A stretch of DNA of 64,000 nucleotides, taken from assembly GCA_013265495.1 (NCBI GenBank), contig MU058718.1:3796081-3860080 (forward strand). The letters are read 5' to 3'. Of this stretch, positions 37,260 through 49,639 are shown piece after piece. The notes beneath the pieces are model-generated. The model saw only the letters and a program-made list of their open reading frames with translations, did not search any database and was not told the DNA's origin. The number at the start of each line of letters is the position of its first letter. Within the stretch, counting starts at the first letter, position 1. A program made the translations under genes and the position numbers. This stretch comes from Vicugna vicugna. Taxonomy: Eukaryota.

Positions 37260-38767
37260 ATTTTTTTTAACTTTAGTGAAGTACACATAACATAAAATTT
37301 ACCATTTAAACCATTTTCAAGTGTACAGTTCAGTGGTTTAAAATACGTTCATAGTGTTGTGCTACTACCATCACCACCATTCACTCCAGAACTCTTTTCA
37401 TCTTATAAAACTGAAACACTGTACCCATTAACGAATAAATTCCTGTTAGCCCCTTCCCCAGTCAATTCTACTTTTTTTTGTCTCTGTAAGTTTGACTACT
37501 CTATATGTGGAATCATAACAGTATTTGTCTTTTTTGACTGGCTTGTTTTACTTAGCCAGGTGAAACAGTCCTCAGGGTTCATCCATGTTGTCACGTATTT
37601 CAGAGTTTTCTTCCTTTTCAAGGCTGAATAGCATTCCATTGTACATATATACCACATTTTACTTATCATTCATTCATCTGTTGATGGACACTTAGGTTGT
37701 TTCCACATTTTAGCTATCGAGAATAATGCTGCTGTGAACATAAGCATGTAAATATTTCAAGACCCTACTTTCAGTCTTTTCAGTATATACCCAGAGTTAG
37801 AATTGCTAGATATATAGTTTTTCTTTCGTTTTTTGGGTTTTTTTTGGAGTACCAGCATACTGTTTTCCACAATGGCTCTACAATTTTATATTCCTACTCA
37901 TACTACAAGGGTTCCACTTTTTCCACATCCTTGCCAAGGGTTTTTTTCTGCTATATTTATTATAGCAGCCATCCTGATGGGTGAGAGGACGATTCTCATT
38001 GTAGGCTTTTTTTTTTTTTGCATTTCCTTATTGATTAGTATTGTTGAGCATCTTTTCATGTGCATATTGGCCATTTGTATATATGTTTTGGAGAAATGTC
38101 TGTTCAGTCCTTTGCCCGTTTTTGAATCAGGTTTGTTTTTTGTTGTTGAGTTTTGGGAGTTCTCTTTACATTCCGGACATCAATCCCTTATCAGAAAAAT
38201 GATTTGTAAATATTTTCTGTCATTCTGTGGGTTGCCTTTTAATGTATTGATAGTGTCTTGGTGCACAAAACGTATACATTTTCATGAAGTCCAGTTTGTC
38301 TATTTTTTCTTTTGCTGCCTGTACCTTTAGTGTCATACCCAAGAAATCATTGGCAAATCCAATATCATGAAGCCGTAGCCCTCTGTTTTCTTCAAAAAGT
38401 TTTATAGTTTTAGGTCTTGATCCATTTTGAGTTAACTTTTATATATGGTGTTAGGTAAGTGTCCAACTTCATTCTTTTGCTTATGGATATCTGGTTTTCC
38501 TAGTATCTATTGTTGAAAAGACTGTCCTTTCCCTGTTGAATGGTCTTATTAGCACCCTTGTCAAAAATCATTTGACCCTATATGTGAAGGTTTATTTTTG
38601 GGCTCTCTATTATATTCCATTGGTCTATAAAGTGCCTGTGTCACACTATTTTGATTTTAGTAGCTTTGTAGTAAGTTTTGAAATCAGGAGGTTTGAGTCA
38701 TCAGCTTTGTACTTTTTCAAGATTGTTTTGGCTAATCAAGGTCCCTTGAGATTCCATATAAATTTTA
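37260..38767 (-). mobile_element. L1MB-like element (host of nested L1s; resumes 41043-41100)
   Basis: acataaaatttaccatttaaaccattttcaagtgtacagttcagtgg 3' end followed by antisense ORF2 sequence. Confidence 0.9.
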
Positions 38768-41042
38768 TTATTAGTATTATTATTTTAATTGAAGTATTGT
38801 CAGTTACACTGTGTCAATCTCTGGTGTACAGCATGTCCCAGTCATATATATATATATACATATATTTGTTCTCATAATCTTTTTCATTAATGGTTATTAC
38901 AGGATACCAAATGTATTTCCCTGTGCTATACAGAAGAAATATTTTTTTATCTATTTTTATATATAGTAGTTAATATTTGCAGATCTTGATCTCCCAAATT
39001 TATCCCTTCCTACTCCCTTTTCCCCTGGTAACCATAGGATTGTTTACTATGTCTGTAAGTCTTTTTCTTTTTTGTAGATGAGTTCATTAGTATCTTCTTT
39101 TTTCTTTTTTTAGATTCTACATATAAATGATATCATGTGGTATTTTCCTTTCTCTGGCTTACTTCACTTAGAATGATGATCTCCATGTCAGTCCATACTG
39201 CTGCAAATGGCATTATTTATTCTTTTTTATGACTCAGTAGTATTCCATTGTAGAAGTATACCATAACTTTTTTTTTTAATTGAAGTATATAGTTGGTTTA
39301 CAACGTTGTATCAATATCTGGTGTACAGAGTAGTGTTTCAGTCATACATGTATATACATATATTCATTTTCATATTCTTTTTCATCTTAGATCACTATAA
39401 GATATTGAATATAGTTCCCTATCTTATACAATAGAAACTTGTTGTTTACATATTTTATATATAGTAGTTAGTATCTGCAAATCTCAACCTCCCAATTTAT
39501 CTCTTCCCAGCCACTTCCCCCCGTGGTAACCATAAGTTTGTTTTCTATGTCTATGAGTCTGTTTCTGTTTTGTAAATAAGTTCATTTGCCTTTTATTAGA
39601 TTCCCCATATGAGTGATATCATATGGTATTTTTCTCTCTTTCTGGCTTACTTCACTTAGAATGACTATCTCCAGGTCCATCCATGTTGCTGCAAATGGCA
39701 TTATTATATTCTTTTTATGGCTGAATAGTATTCCATTGTATACCACAACTTCTTTATCTATTCATCTATCAGTGGACATTTAGGTTGTTTCTGTATCTTC
39801 GCTATTATATATACTGCTGCTGTGAACATTGGAGTGCATGTATCTTTTTGAATGAGTTCTCTCCAGATATATGCCTAGGAGTGGGATTGCTAGATTATGT
39901 GGTAACTTTATTTTTAGTCTTTTGAAGAATCTGCATACTGTTTTCCATAATGGCTGCACCAAATTACATTGTAGGAGGGTTCCCTTTTATACACAGCCTC
40001 TACAGCATTTATCATTTGTGGACTTTTGAATGATGGCCATTCTGACTAGTGTGAGGTGATACTTCCCTGTAGTTTTGATTTGCATTTCTCTGATAATTAG
40101 CGACATTGAACATCTTTTCATGTGCCTGTTGGCCATTTGTGTGTCTCCATTGGAGAATTGCTTATTCAGTTCTTTTGCCCATTTTTGGATTGGTTTTTTT
40201 TTTAAATTATTAAGTTGTATAAGCTGTTCTTATATTCTGAAAATTAAACCTTGGTCAGTCACATCATTTGCAAATATTTTCTCCTGTTTCATAGGTTATT
40301 ATTTTGTTTTGCTTATGGTTTCCTTTGCTGTGCAAAAGCTTGTAAGTTTACTTAGATCCCACTTGTTAATTTTTGCTTTTATTTCTTTTGCCTTGGTAGA
40401 CTGCCCTAGGAGCATATTACTAAAATTTATGTCAGAGAATGTTTTGCCTATGTTTTCTTCTAGAAGGTTTATCATGTCTTGTCTTATGTTTAAGTCTTTA
40501 AGCCATTTTGAGTTAATTTTTGTGTATGGTGTGATGGAGTGTTCTAGCTTCATTGATTTACATGCTGCTGTGCAGTTTTCCCAATACCATTTGCTGAAGA
40601 GACTGTCTTTCCGCCATTGTATAGTTTTGCCTCCTTTGTTGAAGATTAATTAACTGTAGGTCTGTGGATATTTTTCTGGGCTCGCTATTCTGCTCTGTTG
40701 ATCCATATGTCTGTTTTTGTGCCAATACCATGCTGTTTTGAGTACTGTAGCTCTGTAGTATTGTCTGAAGTCTGGGAGGGTTATTCCTCCAGCTTCATTC
40801 TTTTTCTTCAGTATTGCTTTGGAAATTCTGGGTCTTTTGTGATTCCATGTAAATTTTAGGATTATTTGTTGTAGTTCTGTGGAAAATATTCTGGGTAATT
40901 TGATAAGGATCGCATTAAATCTGTAGATTGCTTTGGGCAGTATGGCCATTTTAACAATACTGATTCTTCCAATACAAGAGCATGGGATATGTTTCCATTT
41001 CTGTAAATCATCTTTAATTTACTTAGTCATGTTTTGTAGTTC
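38768..41042 (-). mobile_element. Younger L1 inserted into the L1MB, with a doubled 3' end
   Basis: Flanked by a 15-bp duplication tccatataaatttta (38753-38767, 41043-41057). ORFs 40299..40553 and 40650..40949 are L1 ORF2 ([19 protein letters not shown]). Confidence 0.93.
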
Positions 41043-42059
41043 TCCATATAAATTTTAGACTGGGTTTTTCTATTTCTGAAAAAAATATCATTAGAATGAG
41101 AATTACTAATTTTTGACCAGGTGAGTAAATATGTGGTGATCTGTTCATTTGCTGCTTCATACAATTAGACATGTAGGGTAATTGTGTGACCATGATTATC
41201 CCAAACAATTTCTTAATTGGCACAGTTAAAATGTTTTTACACTTAAAATACAATATTTTGATCATTATGTGTAAGACTCTTAAGAGATATTATGAGGTAG
41301 CATATGTGGCAACACTTTAAAAATAAGCTTTCAGATATGGCACAGTATCCTTTTTTCCTGGATAATAGAAATTGTTATAATAATGCTATTTTAGAGTCCT
41401 TTTACTAAATTTCACCTAATAAATATAGAATGATCTCAAAATGTCATTAACATACATGTAAGGAATATAACAAAACTCTGCAAGCATTCACCCCTTCTAG
41501 AGTCACTTGAGCAAATATTCAAGTTATGTTCAAGGAACTTTATAGTTTGGATAATGAATGGGCTGCATTCACAGAGGAAGCAAAGAAATTTATCCCTTCT
41601 TTGCCTTTAGCAAGTGCACAGGGCTCATCTTATATAGCACAGTTTCACTTATTCAACTTAAAGGTATGGCTTAATTTTGATTAAGTTCATGTAATGAATT
41701 AATGAGTATATTTTTAAAATCCTACAGTTCTGACTTCTCAGTAAGCCATAAAAAAGAAAGTATATCATTATATGATGTTATTATTTAACATATCAGGATT
41801 AGTTGCTGGGACCATAAATTAAGACTCTCTGAAAGGTTAGAATTTCTCACTGCCTTGCTTTTTAAAGTTGCTGCCTTTATGTTAGAATTCACTCATATAC
41901 AAAAAGTGACTAATATTTAAAATCCTCCCCCAAAAAGGCTGACAGAAATCCAGTAAATGCTTGATGATGTGATTTTAATGTTTGGCCATTTTAATATTCT
42001 GTTAATTGCTTATATGTATGCTTTGCTCAATATTGTCAGGTTATTAGTCTTTTGCTATT

Positions 42060-43117
42060 GTTTTTTTAACAATTTTTATTTTTTATACAATTGTTAAAGT
42101 TTATGCTCCATTTACAGTTATTAAAAAATATTGGCATTATTACATATCTTGTATGATACATCCTTGTAGCTTATCTTACACCCAGTAGTTTGTACCTCGT
42201 ACTCTCCCAACCCATATTTCTCCTCCACCAGTCCCCACTGGTAAGTACTAGTTTGTTCTCTGTACCTGTGAGTCTACTTCTTTTTTGTTAATAAGTTCAC
42301 TAGTTTGTTGTATTTTTTAGATTCCACATATAAGTGATATCATAGTGTATTTGTCTTTCTCTGACTTATTTCACTTACCATAATGCCATCCAAATCCCTC
42401 CATGTTGCTGCAGATGGCAAAATTTTGTTGTTTTATGGCTGAGTAGTATTCCATTGTGTGTGTGTGTGTGTGTACACCACATCTTTATCTGTTCATCTGT
42501 TGATGGACACTTAGGTTGCTTCCATATCTTGGCAGTTTTAAATAATGCTCCTATGAACATTGGGGTGCATCTGTCTTTTTGAATGAGTGTTTTTGGGGTT
42601 TTTGGATATATGCTCAGAAGTGGAATTGCTGGGCCATATGATAGTTTTATTTTTATTTTTTTGTGGCACCTCCATACTGTTTTCCACAGGGGCTGCACCA
42701 GTTTACATTCCCACCAACAGTGTACAGAATTCCCTTTTTTCCACATTCTTGCCAATGTTTGTTATTTGTGTGTTTTTTGTTTTGTTTTGTTTTTTTGATG
42801 ATAGCCATTCTGACAGGTGTGAGGTGATATCTTATTGTGGTTTTGATTTGTATTTTCCTGATAATTATCAGTGTTGAGCGTCTTTTCATGTTGTCTGTTG
42901 GCCATCTGCATTTCCTCTTTGGAAAAATGTCTTTAATTCTGCCTATTTTTTAATAGGGTTATTTGTTTTTTTGATATTGAGTTGTATGACCTGTTTATAT
43001 ATGTTGGATATTAATCCTTTATCAGTCATATCATTTGCAAATATTTTCTTCAGAGGGTTGTCTTTTTGTTTTGTTGCTGGTTTCCTTTGCTGTGAAAAAG
43101 GTTTTAAGTTTAGTTAG
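42060..43117 (-). mobile_element. L1 3' segment
   Basis: Poly-T start; ORFs 42375..42755 and 42653..42889 are the ORF2 C-terminus. Confidence 0.92.
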
Positions 43118-44020
43118 GAATTGGACACAGAGTGAGAAGCTGGAAGTTTTTAACAGAGTTAGAAAACATAAAGAAAAACTAAATAGAGACAAAGAATATA
43201 GTAACTGAAATGAAAAAGTACTAAAAGGAATAAACAGTAGACTAAATTGTACACAGGAACAGATCAGTGAGCTGGAAGACAGAGTAGTGGACATCACTGC
43301 CGCTGAACAGAAGAAAGAAAAAAGAATGAAAAGAAATGAGGACAGTTTAAGAGACCTCTGGAACACCATCACATGCACTAATATTTGCATTGTAGGAGTC
43401 CCAGAAGGGGAAGAGAAAAAGGGCCTGAGAAAATATTTGAAGACATGGAAGCTGAAAACTTCCCTAACCTGGGAAAGGAAATAGTCACCCAAGTCTGGGA
43501 AGCACAGAGAATCCCATACAGGATTAAGCCAAAGAGGAACACACCAAGACACATTGTAATTAAAATGACAAAAATTAAAGATTAAGAGAAAATTTTGAAA
43601 GCAGCAAGGGAAAAGCAACAAATAACATTCAAGGGAACTTTTTATATATATGTAAAAATAGACCATTCCATCCAAAAGAAACAGAATACACATTTTAGTG
43701 CACGTGGACCATTCTTCGGGATAGATCATGTGCTAGGCCACAAAACAAGCCTCAGTAAATTTAACAAAATTGAAATCACATCAGGTATCCTTTCCAACCA
43801 CAATGCTATGAGATTAGAAATCAAATACAAGAAAAAAAATTGCAAAAAACAAAAAACCTACACAAACACGTGGAGGCTGAATACTATGCTACAGAACAAC
43901 CAGTTTATCACTGAACAAATCAAAGAGGAAATTAAAAAATACCTAGAGATAGATTAAAATGAAAACAGAAAATCCAAAACCTATGGGATGCAGCAAAAGC
44001 AGTTGTAAGAAGGAAGTTTC
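43118..44020 (+). mobile_element. Inverted L1 5' segment: ORF1 fragment joined to ORF2 endonuclease end
   Basis: ORF1-like NEDSLRDLWNTI / ENFPNLGKEIVTQVWEAQRIP / NTPRHIVIKM, then ORF2-like IDHVLGHKTSLSKFNKIEI...NHNAMRLEI. Confidence 0.92.
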
Positions 44021-45350
44021 TTACTGATTTTTAGATGCTATTTATACTTTGAAAATAATGACTCTTCATATGTTTCAAAAGTTTCCCGAGTTTGTCTTCT
44101 GTCTTCGTACTCTGCTTATGGTCCTTTTCTGTGTAAAAGTCTTTTCTCCTCTTAGGTAAATTTGGCAGTTCTCCAGTATTCCTCTTTTCCTCATACTTAG
44201 GCTTTTTTTGCTAGACAATTCTAAAGCTGTTTAACTGCATTTTCTTCTAGTTTTTTTCCCTTTTTTTCCTTCCAACATTTAAATACTTGCTCCATCAGGG
44301 ACAATTTTGTTCTAAGTTGTGAAGCAGAGCTTTCATCTATTCTTTTTCAGATGGCTAGACAGTTTCCCAGAGCTGTTTACTACAGACTCTGTCTTTTATT
44401 CACAGGTTTGAAATGCCTCACTTGTCATGAACTAAATTTCCATGTAAGCATGGGTTTTGTTTTCTGTTACAGTGATTTTTTTTCCCCCTTCTGTTTGTAG
44501 TTCAGTGTTATCCTATTTTTGACTACTCTGACCTTTCATTGCATTTTATAATCTTTATTGCTTTTATTTTTTAGTCATTTCCTTTCTGTTTTTATAATTT
44601 TTTCCCCAGGAGAAATTTAAAACCATTTTTCTCAAAGTGAAAAGAGAAAGACTCGTGAAAATAATTTAGAGGACTTGGCATTTGACAATAGTAAGGATTT
44701 TTCTTATTCAGATATTCAGGAAATATTATAGCTTTTGCCACATAGATCTTCATATTTATGGTAACTCTTGCTATTGTGAATAGCGTTTTTTTCTCCCCTT
44801 ATACTCTAGTTGGTTACTGTTGATATTTATGTGAATTACTGATTTAATGGTTTTATTTTCTGATAGTCTTACAGAATTCATATTTTTTCTAATAGAATTA
44901 TTATTTTTAGTATTGTTTGATGCCCTTTTTGCTTTGCATATAACTTTGTCAAACATTGATATTGCCAACCCTGTTTTCTTTTTGTTTGTATTTGTGTAGC
45001 ACATAACAAATGGATAATGCCCTTATATTTGTGCCTATCATTCTACTTTAATCATTTCTGGGTCATTGTTTTTAGGTATTTCTCTTGTAACTAATTATAT
45101 TTAAGTTTTATTTTATAACCTAGTCTGAATCTTTTTCCTTTTAATAGATGAGTCAATCACTATTTTATTGTTTAGTAAGATGATTGATCTTCTCTGTTGT
45201 GGTGGTTTTTTGTTTTTAATGTTTTTTGAAGCTTTTAAACAAAATATGGCCAGAGGTTTCTTTTATTTTTACTGCTGATAATCTAAAAGGCACACAGTCT
45301 GTGCCTTTATCAGAGGATGACTTTTAAGACTTAGAATAATATACTTAAAT
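44020..45350 (-). mobile_element. Very old L1 (L1ME-like) remnants
   Basis: Degenerate T-rich antisense ORF2-like text; ORF 44771..45004 (NTNKKKTGLAISMFDK) resembles the L1 endonuclease N-terminal region. Confidence 0.5.
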
Positions 45351-45699
45351 TTGGGTTTTTAATTTGTCAACTTAAGAAATGAAATAGTCATTGACTTCCT
45401 TGTTTTAAGATGTTGAACTTTATATTCCTTCCGCCTCTTCATCTTCCAGTTTTCAGATGTTAGTTTATTTGAAGGTTTTAATCTCAGAAGTTTTTTTATT
45501 AGTTTGCATATCTTTTCTTTTGAAAAATTATAAAATATTATTTAGACTTAGTTTTATATTTAAACAGATTCAGTAGTCACTACTTGTCCTTTCATTCCAT
45601 ATCCTTGTCACTCTGTCTGACGTATTTTCTGTCAGTTGTTAAGTTGGATCATACCATCATACAAATTTTCCTATTAGTATCAGGAATAATATAATTTTA

Positions 45700-46510
45700 A
45701 TCTACAAATTAATTGTTCTTCTCAAACCTGCTTTTCCCTCAATCTTCCCCTTTTGCTAAGCAGTTAGCCAAGCCAGAAATGTAGGCATTGTCCTTGATTT
45801 CTCTTTCATTTGCACTCCAGAGTCATTCTGTCAGCAAGTTCCTTCAACTACACCTCCAGAACAAGTCCTGAATCCATCTACTTCTCTTTACTGTCATCTC
45901 CACCCTCTGGTCTCCCTGTTTCCTCTCCCACACCTCCCATCTGCCACCATCTAGTTTGCACAAAGCCACCAGAATGATCTTTTTAAAAACACTGGTTAGA
46001 TCATAGTGCTCTCCTGCTTAATACCTTTCTGGAGCTTCCAAATTCCACTTAAACAATATTCAAACTTTCAGCCTTGCTTATAAAGCCCCATGTCATCTGT
46101 CCTGTCTGCTTCTCTGAGTTGATCCTATACCTTTTTCTTTTTCCCACTCTGCATTTTTCCTTTTTGAACAGTCCAAAATTAAACTGGCCCTTCTGTTCTG
46201 CCTAAAGTACTGTTTTTCATGATCTTTGCCCAGAGGGCTACTGGTCATTCAGATTTCAGCTTAAATGTTATAATCCTGAGAGACCCATTTCTGACTATCT
46301 AATTTAAAGTAGTCATCCAGGCCTTTGTTATTTTAGTTCTCTGCCTAGGACATGTGGCTGCCTGATACTTTTCTTATTTATTTATATGTATTTGTTTAAT
46401 GTCTGTCTCTCCTAGAATGTAAGAACCATGAGAATAGTGATCTGTCCTTAGTGTTACATTTCAGCACCTGTAACAGTATAGGCACATAGTGGGCACTCAG
46501 TAAATATCTT
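45700..46510 (+). mobile_element. L2 fragment
   Basis: ccaagccagaaatgtaggcattgtccttga...agccaccagaatgatctttttaaaa...ctagaatgtaagaaccatgagaa...ggcacatagtgggcactcagtaaata. Confidence 0.85.
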
Positions 46511-49500
46511 TCTACAAACAGGTGTTATAAATGTCTTTCAGTTGCCTTTGAATAAGAATGACCGGTTGACTAGGTATAGAATTATTACATCATACATTGT
46601 TCACCTGTCCTCAAAAATCTATAGGCATTTTTCCTTTGAACATTGTTATTAACAGCTGTAAGGCTTGCGTGGTATTTTCCCTCTTGTAGGTGACTTGCAG
46701 CTTCAGCCTGATTGTGGCACTATTAATGCGTATCTTCTCTAATCTGTGATATTCAGAAAATAAGGCCTTAATATTTATTATGTCTTCAGATTTCAGTTTA
46801 TGATTAATAATAATTCTGATTTTAGTAAATTTAGTCAATAACAACTATAAAATTAGTCATCTTAGGAATAAAATAAGTTTTCTTATAATTTAGATATACC
46901 TTTCTTTTATTAGTTGCTTTAGTAGTTTCATTTATTTTCATAATCTGTGCTTTAGAATTTGAGAAATTAATCTCCTGTTTGTGACAGTGATTTTATTCAT
47001 TTGGTTTGTTTCATTACATTTTATTTTTGGATTTGTTTTCTTTTGTTTTTTGCACTTAAAAAATGTCTTCTGTGTTGACCATAGGTTTTTATATCTTTTT
47101 TTTTTTTTTTTAGCATTTCCAGTAAAGCCAAAGTAAATGGCATTTTTCACATTTTTGAAACAGACTTAAGGGAATATTTAGGTTAAAAATACGGTTATTT
47201 TAACAAATTTTCCCAACATTCAGTTCAGATGCTTTAAGTAATTCTGGAGACAACTGTATATCAAAAATGAATTCTTGATTGTACTCAGCAGCTTTTTAAA
47301 AAATTGCTCTAAAGCCAGTATAATGCAAAAGTGATTCCTTGTATTAATTTAACAGATGAGCTGGTTTAGAATTTTATTTAGACATGAAAAGATAATTATT
47401 TGCCAATATGACTTAGAAAAAGCCTTGCATCTGATAAAATATAAACAATTTTTTTAAAGTAAATGATGTTTCAGCTGTAAACTTAATTATACTTTTCACC
47501 CCAGTTAAAAATAGATTATTGAAATTTATAGTAACTTTAAAATCCTGAATTTTATTAAAAATTTACTGACTTGTTCCTGGTAATTTACTTTTATAATACT
47601 ATTTTTAAAATTTCACTGAAACATTGCTTTTGAGGTTCTTCCTAATACTTAAAAAATCCTAAAGTGAACCTTAGGGTTAAGAATAAAATAGATTACCACA
47701 GAGAATTGGGTTTTTTTGATTAGCCACAAAAGTAATTGATAGAGAAAATGAGTGAGCATTCCTCCTTGTATTTCTTTTGCCTTTGTATGTATACACAAAG
47801 CAGATGGTTATTTTAAAAAATGACAGCCATTTCTCTATCTCATTTTTATAGTATATACTTATTAAGTATAGGCACCATTTTATAAATGGTGACATTTAAA
47901 TAAAGTTTACTTACCAAGTGAGTAGTATTGAAAATAAACAATACAATTGATACCATTTTTGAGTTTTATTTGCATTTTCCATCTCTTTGGTCAGGCAACT
48001 GCCCTAGAAAAGCAGGCAGATACTATGATGATGTTTGTGTCCATGTTTCCTGTTTGTGTCTAAATTTCAGCCTACCCTCTAACTCATTTTTCAGATGCTT
48101 GTTTTACTCAACAAGTCTGTAGCTGGTATTAGCAAACAGCCAGAACATGGCCAAGCTTCTAGGAAAGCTGATCATCAGAATCTTACTTTACCTTCCCCTC
48201 TCTTCTCTCCTCCCATTACCCCTTGTTTATGGTGAAACTACATGATAGCACTTTAAAGTTTTGCAAATTACAGTTTGTTTAAAACTGTGAGCCATGCATA
48301 CAGGGATGGAGTTTAATAAAAATCATTGGCCAGAGTGATTAATGCAATATACTTCTTTTGTTTGCTTGTTTATTTTTAAAAATGCTAAATTGGAAATATT
48401 CATGAAATAGTCTAGTATATTTACATAAAATAACAAGTTAAGTATATTTCACTAGATTGGACAGTTTTCAGAATAAATGAGAATCTTTAAATATCTTTGA
48501 ATAGATGTTTACAACTTTTTTCAGTTCTTAATGATATCTCGTCTTGTTTCCTGGAAGTATAAATGGAGAAAGTAGAGTAAATTTTTTAAAATCAGAAAGT
48601 GTATGAAGATTTAAACAGCCATTAGTTTGCCTTGTTAATGTTCTTGAAAAAAATCCCTAAGTAGAAGCTTTGGCCAAATAGGACAACTGTCAGCTATTCT
48701 GGTTAAGTGGTATGTTTGTGCTTTTCAGTATTTACTTGTATTTTAGAATCTAACAATCTAATTTTGATTTTTGAAAGTAATATGTAAATTTAAACATTGG
48801 TACCCTATCTTCACTGTTTAAAAAGTTCAAGTCTGAATTGGTGGAAAACGTTAATTTGAGGTCACATATCCCCACAAAAAATGTTCTTTTATTGGTTTTA
48901 AATAATAGATGCAGAAAACATAAAGGCTAAATAGACATTTTCTGCCGTTTAATAGGTAAAAATCACTTGTAATGCTAGGATGCTATGTTTCATTTAGATT
49001 CCAATGTCCTTTTGGTAAAATTGAAATGAAGATACTTCTTTTTACTCTGTAGTAAAAAAAAAAAGTGAATTTCAGTATCATATTGTAAATTAGTGAATTT
49101 AAAACTGGTGGGGATTTTCTGTCTTGATGTTTTCAGACTCTAAGACAGGTATCTCAAAGAAAATATTTTTTTAGAAATGACTGTTTTATTTATATTCTAC
49201 ATCCATTTTGCTCAATGGAAAAATTCATATTTCTTTATTAGCAACCAAAACAGTCAAACTGATAAGATAGCCACTCGTCACTACATTTTTTCATGGACAT
49301 TTAAATATTAACTGACAGAATACTTAGCAGTGGACAAATTGGTTTTCTGAAGATAATACTGCCAGTTTATTAGTTGTACAGTAAAATCAATTTTCCCTTC
49401 AGTATCTACTTTTTAACATTGATTTCATTTCATAAACTTCAGAAATGTATTTAGAACTTAGTGTAGAAATCTTTTGCTATTGCTTGACATTGCAAGTATT

Positions 49501-49639
49501 AATTAAAAGATCTACTTTTTGCATTGTAATTTTGCTATAAATAATGTTTGGAAAGAGAATTTTTAAAACTTAAATATCTAACTATAATGAAATGGTTAAA
49601 TAAATTAATCTATATTTACATAATTTGAAATTATTTTTT

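Noticed and set aside
40075..40653. 192-aa hydrophobic ORF (and similar ones at 24066, 37833, 43031)
   Set aside because: Antisense readings of L1 ORF1/ORF2, a well-known source of false membrane-protein calls.
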